The notes under the pieces were generated by a model. It was given only the letters and a program-made list of their open reading frames with translations, did not search any database and was not told the origin of the DNA. A DNA stretch of 64,000 nt from a virus. This document shows positions 55,910-64,000 of the stretch, one piece after another. Within the stretch, counting starts at the first letter, position 1; every line of letters starts with the position of its first letter. The stretch covers positions 32,001-96,000 of IMG/VR virus record IMGVR_UViG_3300012685_000001; one strand, written 5' to 3'. Both the position numbers and the translations under genes were made by a program.

Positions 55910-56299
55910 TCATGCTAGTACACTCCAAATCCTGTCCGAAAGGCCAGCGGCCTTGGCCATATTGACTGTGTTCGTGGTGCCTTGGTTCTTGGCGCCCCGT
56001 AGGAAACAAGCTAGCACATAGTCAGGATTCAGGTCAACCATCTGCTGATTACGCAGGTTGTAGTAGTAACCAGTACGCTCCTTCGGTGGGTGAGGAACCA
56101 CCTCCCAGTCTGCTCCAGAGGCCCATGAAGCGCCTATCAGATCTGCACCCCCAAAGGGGCAATCCCCATGATGCAGCTCCCAAGGAGACCAGTGCCAGTC
56201 ATTTTCATGTTCCTTCTCCATCTTTCGTAGTGCTTCCCAGATAATAGGTGCCTTCTGAATAGGAAAATCCCTGGAACCAGTAATTACTACAATTGTCAT
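55910..56299 (-). CDS. SLOG-family (YspA/DUF2493-like) protein
   Basis: ITGSRDF, HG.C..GAD, RN..M, GT. Confidence 0.75.
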   Translation of the reverse strand: MTIVVITGSRDFPIQKAPIIWEALRKMEKEHENDWHWSPWELHHGDCPFGGADLIGASWASGADWEVVPHPPKERTGYYYNLRNQQMVDLNPDYVLACFLRGAKNQGTTNTVNMAKAAGLSDRIWSVLA

Positions 56300-57082
56300 T
56301 TTATCTCCTTGCAGATATCGCAGTACCATCTTCCGACACGATGAACAATAACACGCCTCAGTAACTTGTTGCAAGTACCACATCTAGGTGGTGCCATAAT
56401 ATCTCCTTAATAGAAAAGGCCCCAAATTACTTGGGGCCTTTTCTTACTTCCTACCGTGCTTGTTCTTAGTAGTTTTGGGCTTCTCCAAATGAGAGAAGTT
56501 CTCTATAGCGTACCTACTTGGATTACCTATAGAAGAATCAAACTCTGTTCCCTTTTCCTCAGGAGTCAGCTTGTTCCAGGGCTTTCCAGTATAAGTACGT
56601 GAAGGCGTCTTTTCCATTCTCTTCTTTCTGTGCAAAGCCATTGTGTCCCCCTTGTTGTCGATAGGAACTACTTTACGCTGTCTTCTGAGCCCATGCAATC
56701 TTGCCGTTGCCCTGAAGAATCATTACACGATTACCAGAACCGACCTTAGGACCATTCTTCTTACGCTTCTTCGGAGGACCGTTATGAGTACCACCAGAAT
56801 AACGGCCACGGGTCTTGGGGCAGGCATACTTCCACTTGATCCAGGTAACAGCCATCAGATTGCCTCCAGAGTAATTGATGCCTTAGTAGCGAACAGTTCA
56901 CGAGTAAGAATCTCAGTGACTATATAGGTATTTCCACTAGAATTTTCAGCATCAGTAACTGCATCCTCTTGTGCACCCTCTAGATTGTCATACCATTCAT
57001 GCTGATCAGGAACACGGGAATTCTCTTCATGAACAGCATAGTAAGTCTCCTGCAAAGCCATTATCTCTCCTACCGTCGTAGA

Positions 57083-57439
57083 TTACCACCACATGTGAAT
57101 TACGTACTTGCCTTCATCAACCACTCCCATGTTGCAGAGCCACTGTAGCATATGCTCCGCAGAAGGAACACCTCCTGCACCTCCATAAGCAGTTTCGTCA
57201 TAAAAATCTCCACCCAGAAGCCAGCGATCGAAATCCTGGTCAGTCTGGTCTTCTACTTCCATGCCGTAAACAAGGTCGGCTTCCTCATAACTGCCATTAT
57301 GGTAACTGTCATAAGGATTGGATTCCAGGGCACGCCATTTTACATCATAGCCCTCTTCCAGCGCAAGAGCCACGAACTTATCAAGATTATGACAATCCAC
57401 TACACGAGCATTCTCATATTTCAATTGCGGTTCACTCAT
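57083..57439 (-). CDS. Hypothetical acidic protein
   Basis: ORF track; ends 'G.YVI..WW'. Confidence 0.6.
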   Translation of the reverse strand: MSEPQLKYENARVVDCHNLDKFVALALEEGYDVKWRALESNPYDSYHNGSYEEADLVYGMEVEDQTDQDFDRWLLGGDFYDETAYGGAGGVPSAEHMLQWLCNMGVVDEGKYVIHMWW

Positions 57440-57779
57440 TGATTTTCAAATCTCCAACTTCATCGATATTAAGTCGCTTGTCAAGTCTTTCTGACAGCAA
57501 ATTACCGAATTCAGCTAGTGCAACTTCAATAACATCATCAAGAATATATTCTGGGGGCTGACAGTCAATCTTGTGAGTAGCGTATATCTCACGTCCGAAG
57601 AAGGCAACCACTATGTGACCACCACCTAGAATATAATCGTCTACCCATTGAGCCTGAAAAGGCTCAATAGTCATTATCGCCTTCATCGAACAGCCCCACC
57701 AGCAGCATGGTTGTTGTCATCCGCGTCATCCTTACGCTTCTGCTCAGCAGTCTTCTTGTCGTCAGCCATTGTGTATCTC

Positions 57780-58484
57780 CTATTCAAAAGGTTGGAAGGG
57801 AAAATCCTGGTATGTAGCAGGAGCTATCTTACGCAGTTCTTCTAGTAGAAGCTCAGCAAGTTCACAAATCTCAGCATCAGCATGCACAGAGTACCGCTTC
57901 TTCAGCATATCCCTGAAGGCACGATGATTTCCACTCAGAACGATACGCGTTTCCATACCGCTTGGCAAGTAGCTACGAGCAGCCTCACGAGCCTGCTTAC
58001 GTGTCTTACCAAAATCTAGTAGGCGCTGTACTGCTGACTTATAACGATTGAGGGATGTCGAGTCATTCTTGATGCTGAAGGATTCTATGCCTTCTTCGCG
58101 CATCGCAGGAGGAACGATAAAGTTTGCTTCCTCCATGTTGACGAAACGCTGTGACAGCTCACTGTAACTCAGGTGCCTGTGACGGATCAACTCATGCGTC
58201 AGATTACGGCTCACACCTTCAATGTAGAAGGTAACGCTAGCGTGCTCAAGAACTGAAAAATGCCCCTGATTGATAATGTTATTTATGTAGCCCTGATTGG
58301 TCCTGGTAGCCTCATTTGGCATATTCCAGGCCTGGTAACAGGAACGCCCTGCAAAATGTGCCAACGTATCAGCATCATTGAGCAGGGCCTCTCTGTCACC
58401 ATAGAAGAACTCTTCAAACGCTGTCCCCATTACCGATTCGGAAATAGTAGACATATTTGTCTGAGCAATTACGGTGATTTTCAA
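57780..58484 (-). CDS. thyX: Flavin-dependent thymidylate synthase
   Basis: FAGR.CY, GHFSVLEH, THELIRHRHLSYSELSQRF, AR..LP, HADAEI. Confidence 0.95.
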   Translation of the reverse strand: MKITVIAQTNMSTISESVMGTAFEEFFYGDREALLNDADTLAHFAGRSCYQAWNMPNEATRTNQGYINNIINQGHFSVLEHASVTFYIEGVSRNLTHELIRHRHLSYSELSQRFVNMEEANFIVPPAMREEGIESFSIKNDSTSLNRYKSAVQRLLDFGKTRKQAREAARSYLPSGMETRIVLSGNHRAFRDMLKKRYSVHADAEICELAELLLEELRKIAPATYQDFPFQPFE

Positions 58485-58859
58485 TTAAAACTCATCTTCC
58501 TTAATATTCTCAATAGCCTTGGTGTATGCTTCACCCCAGGTCATATAGTCATCCTGGTTCATCTGAATATCGGACAGTAGTTTAAGAGCTTCAGAAGTAA
58601 CAGTCACCAACTTATTAAACTCGGGATGTGCAAGTAGATCGTCCACACCATTGCCCTCATATGGCGCGAAAACATCAATAGGAACACCCTTACTTACCAG
58701 ATAACAGCCGATAAGACAATCAGGCTCACCGTTATAGATATACGTACATGTAAAGGGCATTTCACTATCAGAATGAATTGAGTAAACAAAGTCTTCACCG
58801 CGAGTTGCGATAATAGCGGGAAGTTCGGCTACAACATCCTCATACGTAATATGAGTCAT
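58485..58859 (-). CDS. Paralog family A member 3
   Basis: RGEDFVY...CTY..NGEPDC.IG...QD..MTWG. Confidence 0.7.
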   Translation of the reverse strand: MTHITYEDVVAELPAIIATRGEDFVYSIHSDSEMPFTCTYIYNGEPDCLIGCYLVSKGVPIDVFAPYEGNGVDDLLAHPEFNKLVTVTSEALKLLSDIQMNQDDYMTWGEAYTKAIENIKEDEF

Positions 58860-59034
58860 TTAACTCTCCTATAACTTTTTGACAACTGATTATAAGTTAC
58901 CGGAATAGTACCCGATGCGGCTATATCCTGCAAGAACACTTTCTTCTTGACAATATCCACAGCCATCACTTCATAAATAACATCTTTGATCTGCTTGTGC
59001 TTATATCTGTCTCCTGGTGAAACCATTTCCCCTC

Positions 59035-59538
59035 TTATGCTGAATATTTATCGGCCCGATTCTCCGTATCTCTTCTGGAAATACGGCGGGAAAGTTCTCT
59101 GGATACTACCTTCCCAGCAGCCTCCAGGTGGTTATATTCACTTTTTGAAAGCTTCGTCACCGCATAAGCATATTCAACAGTATCTTCTGCGTCAAGGTAG
59201 TCTTTTTCCTGTTGAACCATGGCTTTTGTGGCGGCCACAGTCTTTTCCTTCTTGTGAATGATGCTATAACGGTCCGAAACTCTTTGCAAACTTCTTTCGG
59301 CCCTACGTTCATTAATCTCATTCAGTGCTACCTGATAGCCAGCGTAACCAGTCCAGTTGGTAAAGTCAACCAGAAGATCCATCAACTGGTCATCATGAAG
59401 GTCTGACAATCCTGGTGGTAACAGTGGCTGCTCTTCTGACGGTTTTTCTTTCAGAGTCGTTGTCGTTAACCAACCGCTCTGAATCGGACTTCTCTTCGCC
59501 ATACTTCTCGCAATCCTTACACGTAGTGCCAGCAACAC
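59035..59538 (-). CDS. Coiled-coil protein (possible recombination mediator); start uncertain
   Basis: Helical; ends SRELSRR; overlaps the Cas4-like gene. Confidence 0.5.
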   Translation of the reverse strand: MLLALRVRIARSMAKRSPIQSGWLTTTTLKEKPSEEQPLLPPGLSDLHDDQLMDLLVDFTNWTGYAGYQVALNEINERRAERSLQRVSDRYSIIHKKEKTVAATKAMVQQEKDYLDAEDTVEYAYAVTKLSKSEYNHLEAAGKVVSRELSRRISRRDTENRADKYSA

Positions 59539-60403
59539 ATTCGGGGAGAGACATTGTATTCTTTAGGGCTCCTGCAATGAAATAGCATTTAGTTATTACG
59601 TCATCACAATAGTTAGGATCGTATTTGACTACGAATTCCTTTACACCCTGATTGAATTTAGCCTCGTAAATAAAGATGATTTTGTCGAATGGAAGACCCA
59701 TACTTTCACAGAGTCTCAAATACAACTGACCTTGTCTCATATGAGAAGGAAACGGTCCCTTAATATCCTTCCACAAATTCTGGAAATCAATGAAAGTACC
59801 ATTCGAGTTCTTCGCATAAATCTCGGGTGCTTCTATTCTAACCGTACCCGCACCGACGGACTTTATCTCAATAAGGGCATTAAGGTGAGGTACTGCTCCA
59901 TCAGCGTGACCAGCAATAAGATACTCTCTTGCTCTCAAAGGTACTTCGCGGTATATAAGGAACTTAGGATTACACCCATTCCTGGAACCACATACTGTAG
60001 GAGGCAGAGAATCCCTGACAATATTTCTGCACTGCTGACATTCCCAATTACCCCATAGTTTCCCCATGGCTGTCAAGCGCTTCTGCCACTTGTCGTGAAT
60101 ATAGTGACCTTCATCAAAGATGTTGAGAAGCTGCACACCTACGCTCTCAGGAGGCTTGAGAAAGGGGTCACCTGCCTCTCTACAGGCCTTAATCCGATGG
60201 TAGGTGGCTCGGGGACACCAGCTCTCTTTGGCAGTCTCAGACGGATGAATAATGTCCTGCCTACGAGTAGAAGGCTTGGAATGTTCCTTTATCATATGTG
60301 CCTGAATGTCTCCCAGAAGAATAGTTCCTTTGGAAGCATTCATATAATTGGCCATGGAACCAGTTAACTTAGGTCCCCAGCCTTTTCCTGTGATTGTTGC
60401 CAA
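59393..60403 (-). CDS. Cas4-like PD-(D/E)XK exonuclease
   Basis: HPS..CPR, G..IH, GHADG, EIKS, Q..LY, C-terminal Cys. Confidence 0.85.
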   Translation of the reverse strand: MATITGKGWGPKLTGSMANYMNASKGTILLGDIQAHMIKEHSKPSTRRQDIIHPSETAKESWCPRATYHRIKACREAGDPFLKPPESVGVQLLNIFDEGHYIHDKWQKRLTAMGKLWGNWECQQCRNIVRDSLPPTVCGSRNGCNPKFLIYREVPLRAREYLIAGHADGAVPHLNALIEIKSVGAGTVRIEAPEIYAKNSNGTFIDFQNLWKDIKGPFPSHMRQGQLYLRLCESMGLPFDKIIFIYEAKFNQGVKEFVVKYDPNYCDDVITKCYFIAGALKNTMSLPECVAGTTCKDCEKYGEEKSDSERLVNDNDSERKTVRRAATVTTRIVRPS

Positions 60404-60699
60404 GTTCTTCTTTCCTTCCGTAGTTTTGTACGCTCATCTGGTGTAGTACCTCCCCAGACTCCCCAGCGTTCGTTATTGACGAGGGCAAATTCCAGACAGC
60501 TACTCAATAACGGGCAGGGTCTTCCATCATATGTACCATTGCAGACGGCTTTGGCTTCCTCCGTATGATCTGACAATTCTTCTTCCTCGGAATCTTCAAA
60601 CCATGGATCATAATCAGAAGTAGCCGGAAACATTGCACATTTAGCTGTTCTGTCTCTGTCTTCATGAAACCATTGCGGAGCTATGCTACGTAGTTTCAT
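60364..60699 (-). CDS. whiB: WhiB-family transcription factor
   Basis: AKC, AKAVC...CP....CL..AL...E.WGVWGG...ER. Confidence 0.92.
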   Translation of the reverse strand: MKLRSIAPQWFHEDRDRTAKCAMFPATSDYDPWFEDSEEEELSDHTEEAKAVCNGTYDGRPCPLLSSCLEFALVNNERWGVWGGTTPDERTKLRKERRTWQQSQEKAGDLS

Positions 60700-61015
60700 T
60701 ACCAATAGACGCTTCTTCCCTTAAAGTGAGATAATCCTCTTTCGAAAGAATTACCCACGAATTGCCAGTAGATTTGAACTCTACCATAAAGACCGGAATT
60801 CGTCCATCTATAAGAGCTTGGTCAGAAAGCTTCTCAAGTTCCGTATCCTTGAGAGCATAAGATTTCTTATCAGTGATCTTGAGTTCAAACAATTCCTTCT
60901 CCGTTCTTACATCTGCTTTACGCAGCCAGCCGTTACCTGAACCAGAATTAAGAGAGCCTCCAACCATATGGCTGAAGGCTCTCTCCTGTTTCTGGCTGTC
61001 TTTAAGATCAGCCAT
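60686..61015 (-). CDS. Small PD-(D/E)XK nuclease (resolvase-like)
   Basis: QE....GG...SG....KADV.....ELK.T.KKS. Confidence 0.7.
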   Translation of the reverse strand: MADLKDSQKQERAFSHMVGGSLNSGSGNGWLRKADVRTEKELFELKITDKKSYALKDTELEKLSDQALIDGRIPVFMVEFKSTGNSWVILSKEDYLTLREEASIGNETT

Positions 61016-61124
61016 TTTTATTTTCTTTCTTTGTTCTTCTTTGGATATGAACAATTAGGCATATGCTGAGCCAGTTCAGTATCAGTCTTGAACGGCTTGT
61101 CACACATAGGACAGGTTGCTGCCA

Positions 61125-61400
61125 TTACTTCTCCATAACTGGCTTTCCCATGACCAGACGAACAGTGTCACGAACAAGACCAACCAGGAAAGCAAGGAAG
61201 CCAGTGCACGGCCAGAAAGTAGGCCAGAGGGCACGATAGAAGGTACAGAGAGCCATTCCTAGATCCTTACCGTACTTCTCACGGTACTGCTCAAGGCTCT
61301 TGCCGTTGTCCAGTACATCGTGAAGGACAGTGAAGAATCCAATCACATATGCAATACCACCCAGAATATACATGAGGGTCCTGAAATTATCCCAGTTCAC
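61125..61400 (-). CDS. Membrane protein
   Basis: Two TM segments. Confidence 0.55.
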   Translation of the reverse strand: MNWDNFRTLMYILGGIAYVIGFFTVLHDVLDNGKSLEQYREKYGKDLGMALCTFYRALWPTFWPCTGFLAFLVGLVRDTVRLVMGKPVMEK

Positions 61401-61684
61401 TTAGTGTCTACCCACTTCTTTATTGAAGGATTGAACGTCTGTACCCTACCACATTGCGAATTGCTGCACTTACGTACATGTCCATTAGCCTGAAAGTTAT
61501 GGCCAGCGGGATTAGTACATGTCTGACTCACTTCTGAATCACATCCCAACTGCGAGTAATTGAGTTGTACTTAGTAATCCTAGAACAACGTATACAAGAC
61601 ATCTTATCCTTCACTGCCTCATATACATGCCCTCTCAGGCTTCCAGGACAATCCAAGAGCATTGCCCTGCTTCCCACCTTTTTG

Positions 61685-61963
61685 TCAGCCATTTGCAGCC
61701 CTAATAATACCTTCAACAATGTCTCTGTCAAGCTCCTGAATAACTTCAGTCAATTCATTAAAAGGAACGATGTTCCTATGCGCAGGAGCATTACGGTTTC
61801 TCCAGATTGCCCAGGCATTGTGAACATCTTCGAGAGTAGTATCTGAACCTTTGACAAAGTAGAGAAGAGTATAAAGATCAATTAGTTCAGGCGGCAGCCA
61901 TGAAAGTTCCCTTTCCATATTCCTGATTGCTGCTTGAATATACGTCAAGATTTTATCTCCCAC
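61685..61963 (-). CDS. Hypothetical protein
   Basis: 'YTLL...KG..TT.EDVH.AW..W.....H..IVPF.EL'. Confidence 0.6.
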   Translation of the reverse strand: MGDKILTYIQAAIRNMERELSWLPPELIDLYTLLYFVKGSDTTLEDVHNAWAIWRNRNAPAHRNIVPFNELTEVIQELDRDIVEGIIRAANG

Positions 61964-62571
61964 TTATGAATATCATCGTTTTCCAGAAGGACCTTGGAAC
62001 TCGTGCGTTGCTCTCGTAGGTACACTATCATTCCTTCAGCAGCACGTCCACCAGGAACAGCCTTCGAACCCTGAGTGTACAGCTCCTCCCGTAGCTCCTG
62101 GACATTGAAGTTGTAGTAGTCACCCATGTAAAGGATGGGAACAGTGTACAGGTTCGAGATTTCAGAACGAGCTTCAGTAGGATGCAGAGTCTCAATCCAG
62201 CGAGGCGCATTGAAGAGACTGAAACGCTTCTCCGTCAAACCATAACCTCGCTGAATACCTGAACCCCACCACTCGCCGTAGTGGTCACCCACACCCAGAA
62301 TCTTAACGAGCTGAGTAGCATTGTCATACACCCAGCGAGCGAATCCGAAGTTGTCCTTTTCCTTTACAGGCTGAAGGAATCGCTTACGTGACTGCGCCCA
62401 GATCGTGTACTGTACTCCGTCGATTGAGACCGTGTCAACCTGATCGGAACGGTCATCGTCAATATTGAACAGACGAATACGAACCGCAGAATTGGTGCCG
62501 TCAATCTTCTCAGTTACAACTACCCTCTCCTTGGAAAGGCGAGGAATAGAAGGCCAGGCTTGAAATTCCAT
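61945..62571 (-). CDS. RNA ligase, Rnl2-like adenylation domain
   Basis: W.SIPR, TEKIDGTN, SRKR, YGEW.G.GIQ, F.LF, VP.LY.G, EG.IV, K. Confidence 0.8.
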   Translation of the reverse strand: MEFQAWPSIPRLSKERVVVTEKIDGTNSAVRIRLFNIDDDRSDQVDTVSIDGVQYTIWAQSRKRFLQPVKEKDNFGFARWVYDNATQLVKILGVGDHYGEWWGSGIQRGYGLTEKRFSLFNAPRWIETLHPTEARSEISNLYTVPILYMGDYYNFNVQELREELYTQGSKAVPGGRAAEGMIVYLREQRTSSKVLLENDDIHKWEIKS

Positions 62572-62777
62572 TAAAGGTTGATCTCCTCGTCAGTAAACGT
62601 AGTAATATCGGAACCCCAGCGCAGCTCATGACCCATGCCGTACATGTTCAGGTCGTGCAGAACTCCTGCAAAAGTCTGAAGACTCAGATTTCCCTCTGCT
62701 GACAGATGAGCTGCTGCATCTCGGATGTACTTGAGGTCATCGTCGTCAAGAGCCAGTCCGTCAAGGTTCAGTGCCAT
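62571..62777 (-). CDS. Hypothetical protein
   Basis: ORF track; SD. Confidence 0.55.
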   Translation of the reverse strand: MALNLDGLALDDDDLKYIRDAAAHLSAEGNLSLQTFAGVLHDLNMYGMGHELRWGSDITTFTDEEINL

Positions 62778-62786
62778 GATTTCTCC

Positions 62787-63170
62787 TTAGATATAAGGGG
62801 CGAGAACTTCTGTAAGGTCCACCGTAGCACCGTAGGTAGAGGGGATCAAGACCCCCTTGGTAATACGGTTCGCCATGTTCGTAACCTTTTCGATGATGGT
62901 ATAACTGAACCCGCCAGGATGCAACTCATCGTTGTCAGTACATGGCAGGGTCAGACTGAAGGTACCTGGACCACTGCTGTTCGGGGTACCTCCTTGTGTC
63001 CCTGGTAGTACAGCAGTGAAGGGAGGCACTGTCAAGAATTGGTGATCTGTCTCATCAGACAGGGAGGGAAGATTGGCAATGAATTGCACAGATCCATTCT
63101 CCCCTGCTCCGCTGATGAAATTGATGTACTTACCTGTGACAATTATTGTCTTGGCACCTGTAATAGCCAT
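62787..63170 (-). CDS. Beta-rich structural-like protein
   Basis: 'G.F...LP.TD...L.P..F.Y...E', resembling tail-protein N-termini. Confidence 0.5.
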   Translation of the reverse strand: MAITGAKTIIVTGKYINFISGAGENGSVQFIANLPSLSDETDHQFLTVPPFTAVLPGTQGGTPNSSGPGTFSLTLPCTDNDELHPGGFSYTIIEKVTNMANRITKGVLIPSTYGATVDLTEVLAPYI

Positions 63171-63173
63171 AGA

Positions 63174-64000
63174 TTATTCCTTATTCGTAGCAATTTCTAG
63201 AGTCTTTGCAGAGATCTCGTCTCTAAGGTCTAGATTACTACGAATAGCTTCAACCATCGGATCACGTCCGAGCCACTGCATAGCATCAGCACTGTCAGAC
63301 TCGTACTTGAAGTAAGGACCAGCGCGCTTGATGACCTTGAACAATACAGCCATCGTCACAAGATCCTTGATGAGATCGAACTGTCCTGCCTTGAATCCCT
63401 TTTCGGAATCAGTGAAGTAGAAATCTCCCATGGCTACAGACTTAGGCATAGCAGCCTTGTTCTTCTCCATCAAATACTTATTGGTCTGACCGACCTTTAT
63501 CTTTCCCTGACCATCTACCTTCTCTTCGATCCATTCATCTCTGGATACAAGAATTCTCTGATAGAAAGCATAATTCTTTGCCTTTCCACCAGGAGTAGTA
63601 GTAGGTGTTCCATAAGGAGAGAAAGAACCAACAGCATCACGTAACTGATTGACAAAGATTCCTAAGTAAGGGCGCTCGTCAGTGAATGTTCCGCCGATCT
63701 TACGGAAGAACTGTCCTGTACGTCTGGCACCAAGAGTCATTGTATTCTGATCCATGTTCTTCTCATCCTCCTCAGAGGCAGTAAGAGCAGGATAACTGTC
63801 AATGACAATGTAATCGAATTCATGAGATTTAGCGGCATCAAGAGCCATCTGATAAGCCAGTTCCATATTATTGGTAGGCATGACAACTACACGAGAATTA
63901 TCCACACCATTCTTTTCAGCCCACTCGGCATCGTAATACTCAGAGGCAACCCAGAACACCATGAAATCAGGATCAAGTAACTGATTTGCTGCAATAGATC
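63174..64000 (-). CDS. recA: RecA-like recombinase, C-terminal part (start beyond the window)
   Basis: IVIDS..AL, F.NQLR, TTPGGKA..Y, KNK, AG.YF. Confidence 0.88.
   Translation of the reverse strand, partial: SIAANQLLDPDFMVFWVASEYYDAEWAEKNGVDNSRVVVMPTNNMELAYQMALDAAKSHEFDYIVIDSYPALTASEEDEKNMDQNTMTLGARRTGQFFRKIGGTFTDERPYLGIFVNQLRDAVGSFSPYGTPTTTPGGKAKNYAFYQRILVSRDEWIEEKVDGQGKIKVGQTNKYLMEKNKAAMPKSVAMGDFYFTDSEKGFKAGQFDLIKDLVTMAVLFKVIKRAGPYFKYESDSADAMQWLGRDPMVEAIRSNLDLRDEISAKTLEIATNKE

Overview
A 64 kb slice of a large, AT-rich (roughly 43-45% GC by eye) tailed dsDNA phage of an actinobacterium, most likely Streptomyces. The host call is inferred from WhiB, Rpf-LysM, TerD, a GH25 lysin, HrdB-like TTGACA-17-TAGRRT promoters and a tRNA-Leu(UAA). 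Layout: (1) 1-12.9 kb, minus strand: portal (truncated), virion/fibre genes, an Acb2/Tad1-like protein, terminase large subunit, KTSC, MazG-like, metallophosphoesterase and Rnl1-type RNA ligase. (2) 13.0-24.1 kb, minus strand: an RNA island with 30 tRNAs covering all 20 amino acids, plus one aberrant tRNA. It is interleaved with thioredoxin, Ro60/TROVE with three tandem Y RNAs, an 81-nt tmRNA-like RNA with no normal mRNA-like domain, a permuted tRNA-elbow mimic, about a dozen unexplained structured RNAs and a set of tiny KOW/SH3/zinc-finger ORFs. (3) 25-29 kb, plus strand: HNH, an RNA-repair-type HAD and an RNase AS-like exonuclease. (4) About 29.1-44 kb: a probable genome-end/early region, GC-richer from about 30.3 kb, with many strong promoters, a conserved family of intergenic hairpins, 10-11 bp periodic elements, TerD and an ArdA-like gene. 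(5) 44-64 kb, minus strand: a TGT-fold protein with a probable AUU start, nucleotidyltransferase, lysin, Rpf, NlpC/P60, SpoVS, RuvC, ThyX, Cas4-like nuclease, WhiB, Rnl2-type ligase and RecA (truncated). The best candidate for an undescribed system is the tRNA-mimic/RNA-repair island (Ro60, graded Y RNAs, mini-tmRNA, elbow mimic, small RNA-binding proteins). All calls were made by eye, with no database search or folding software.
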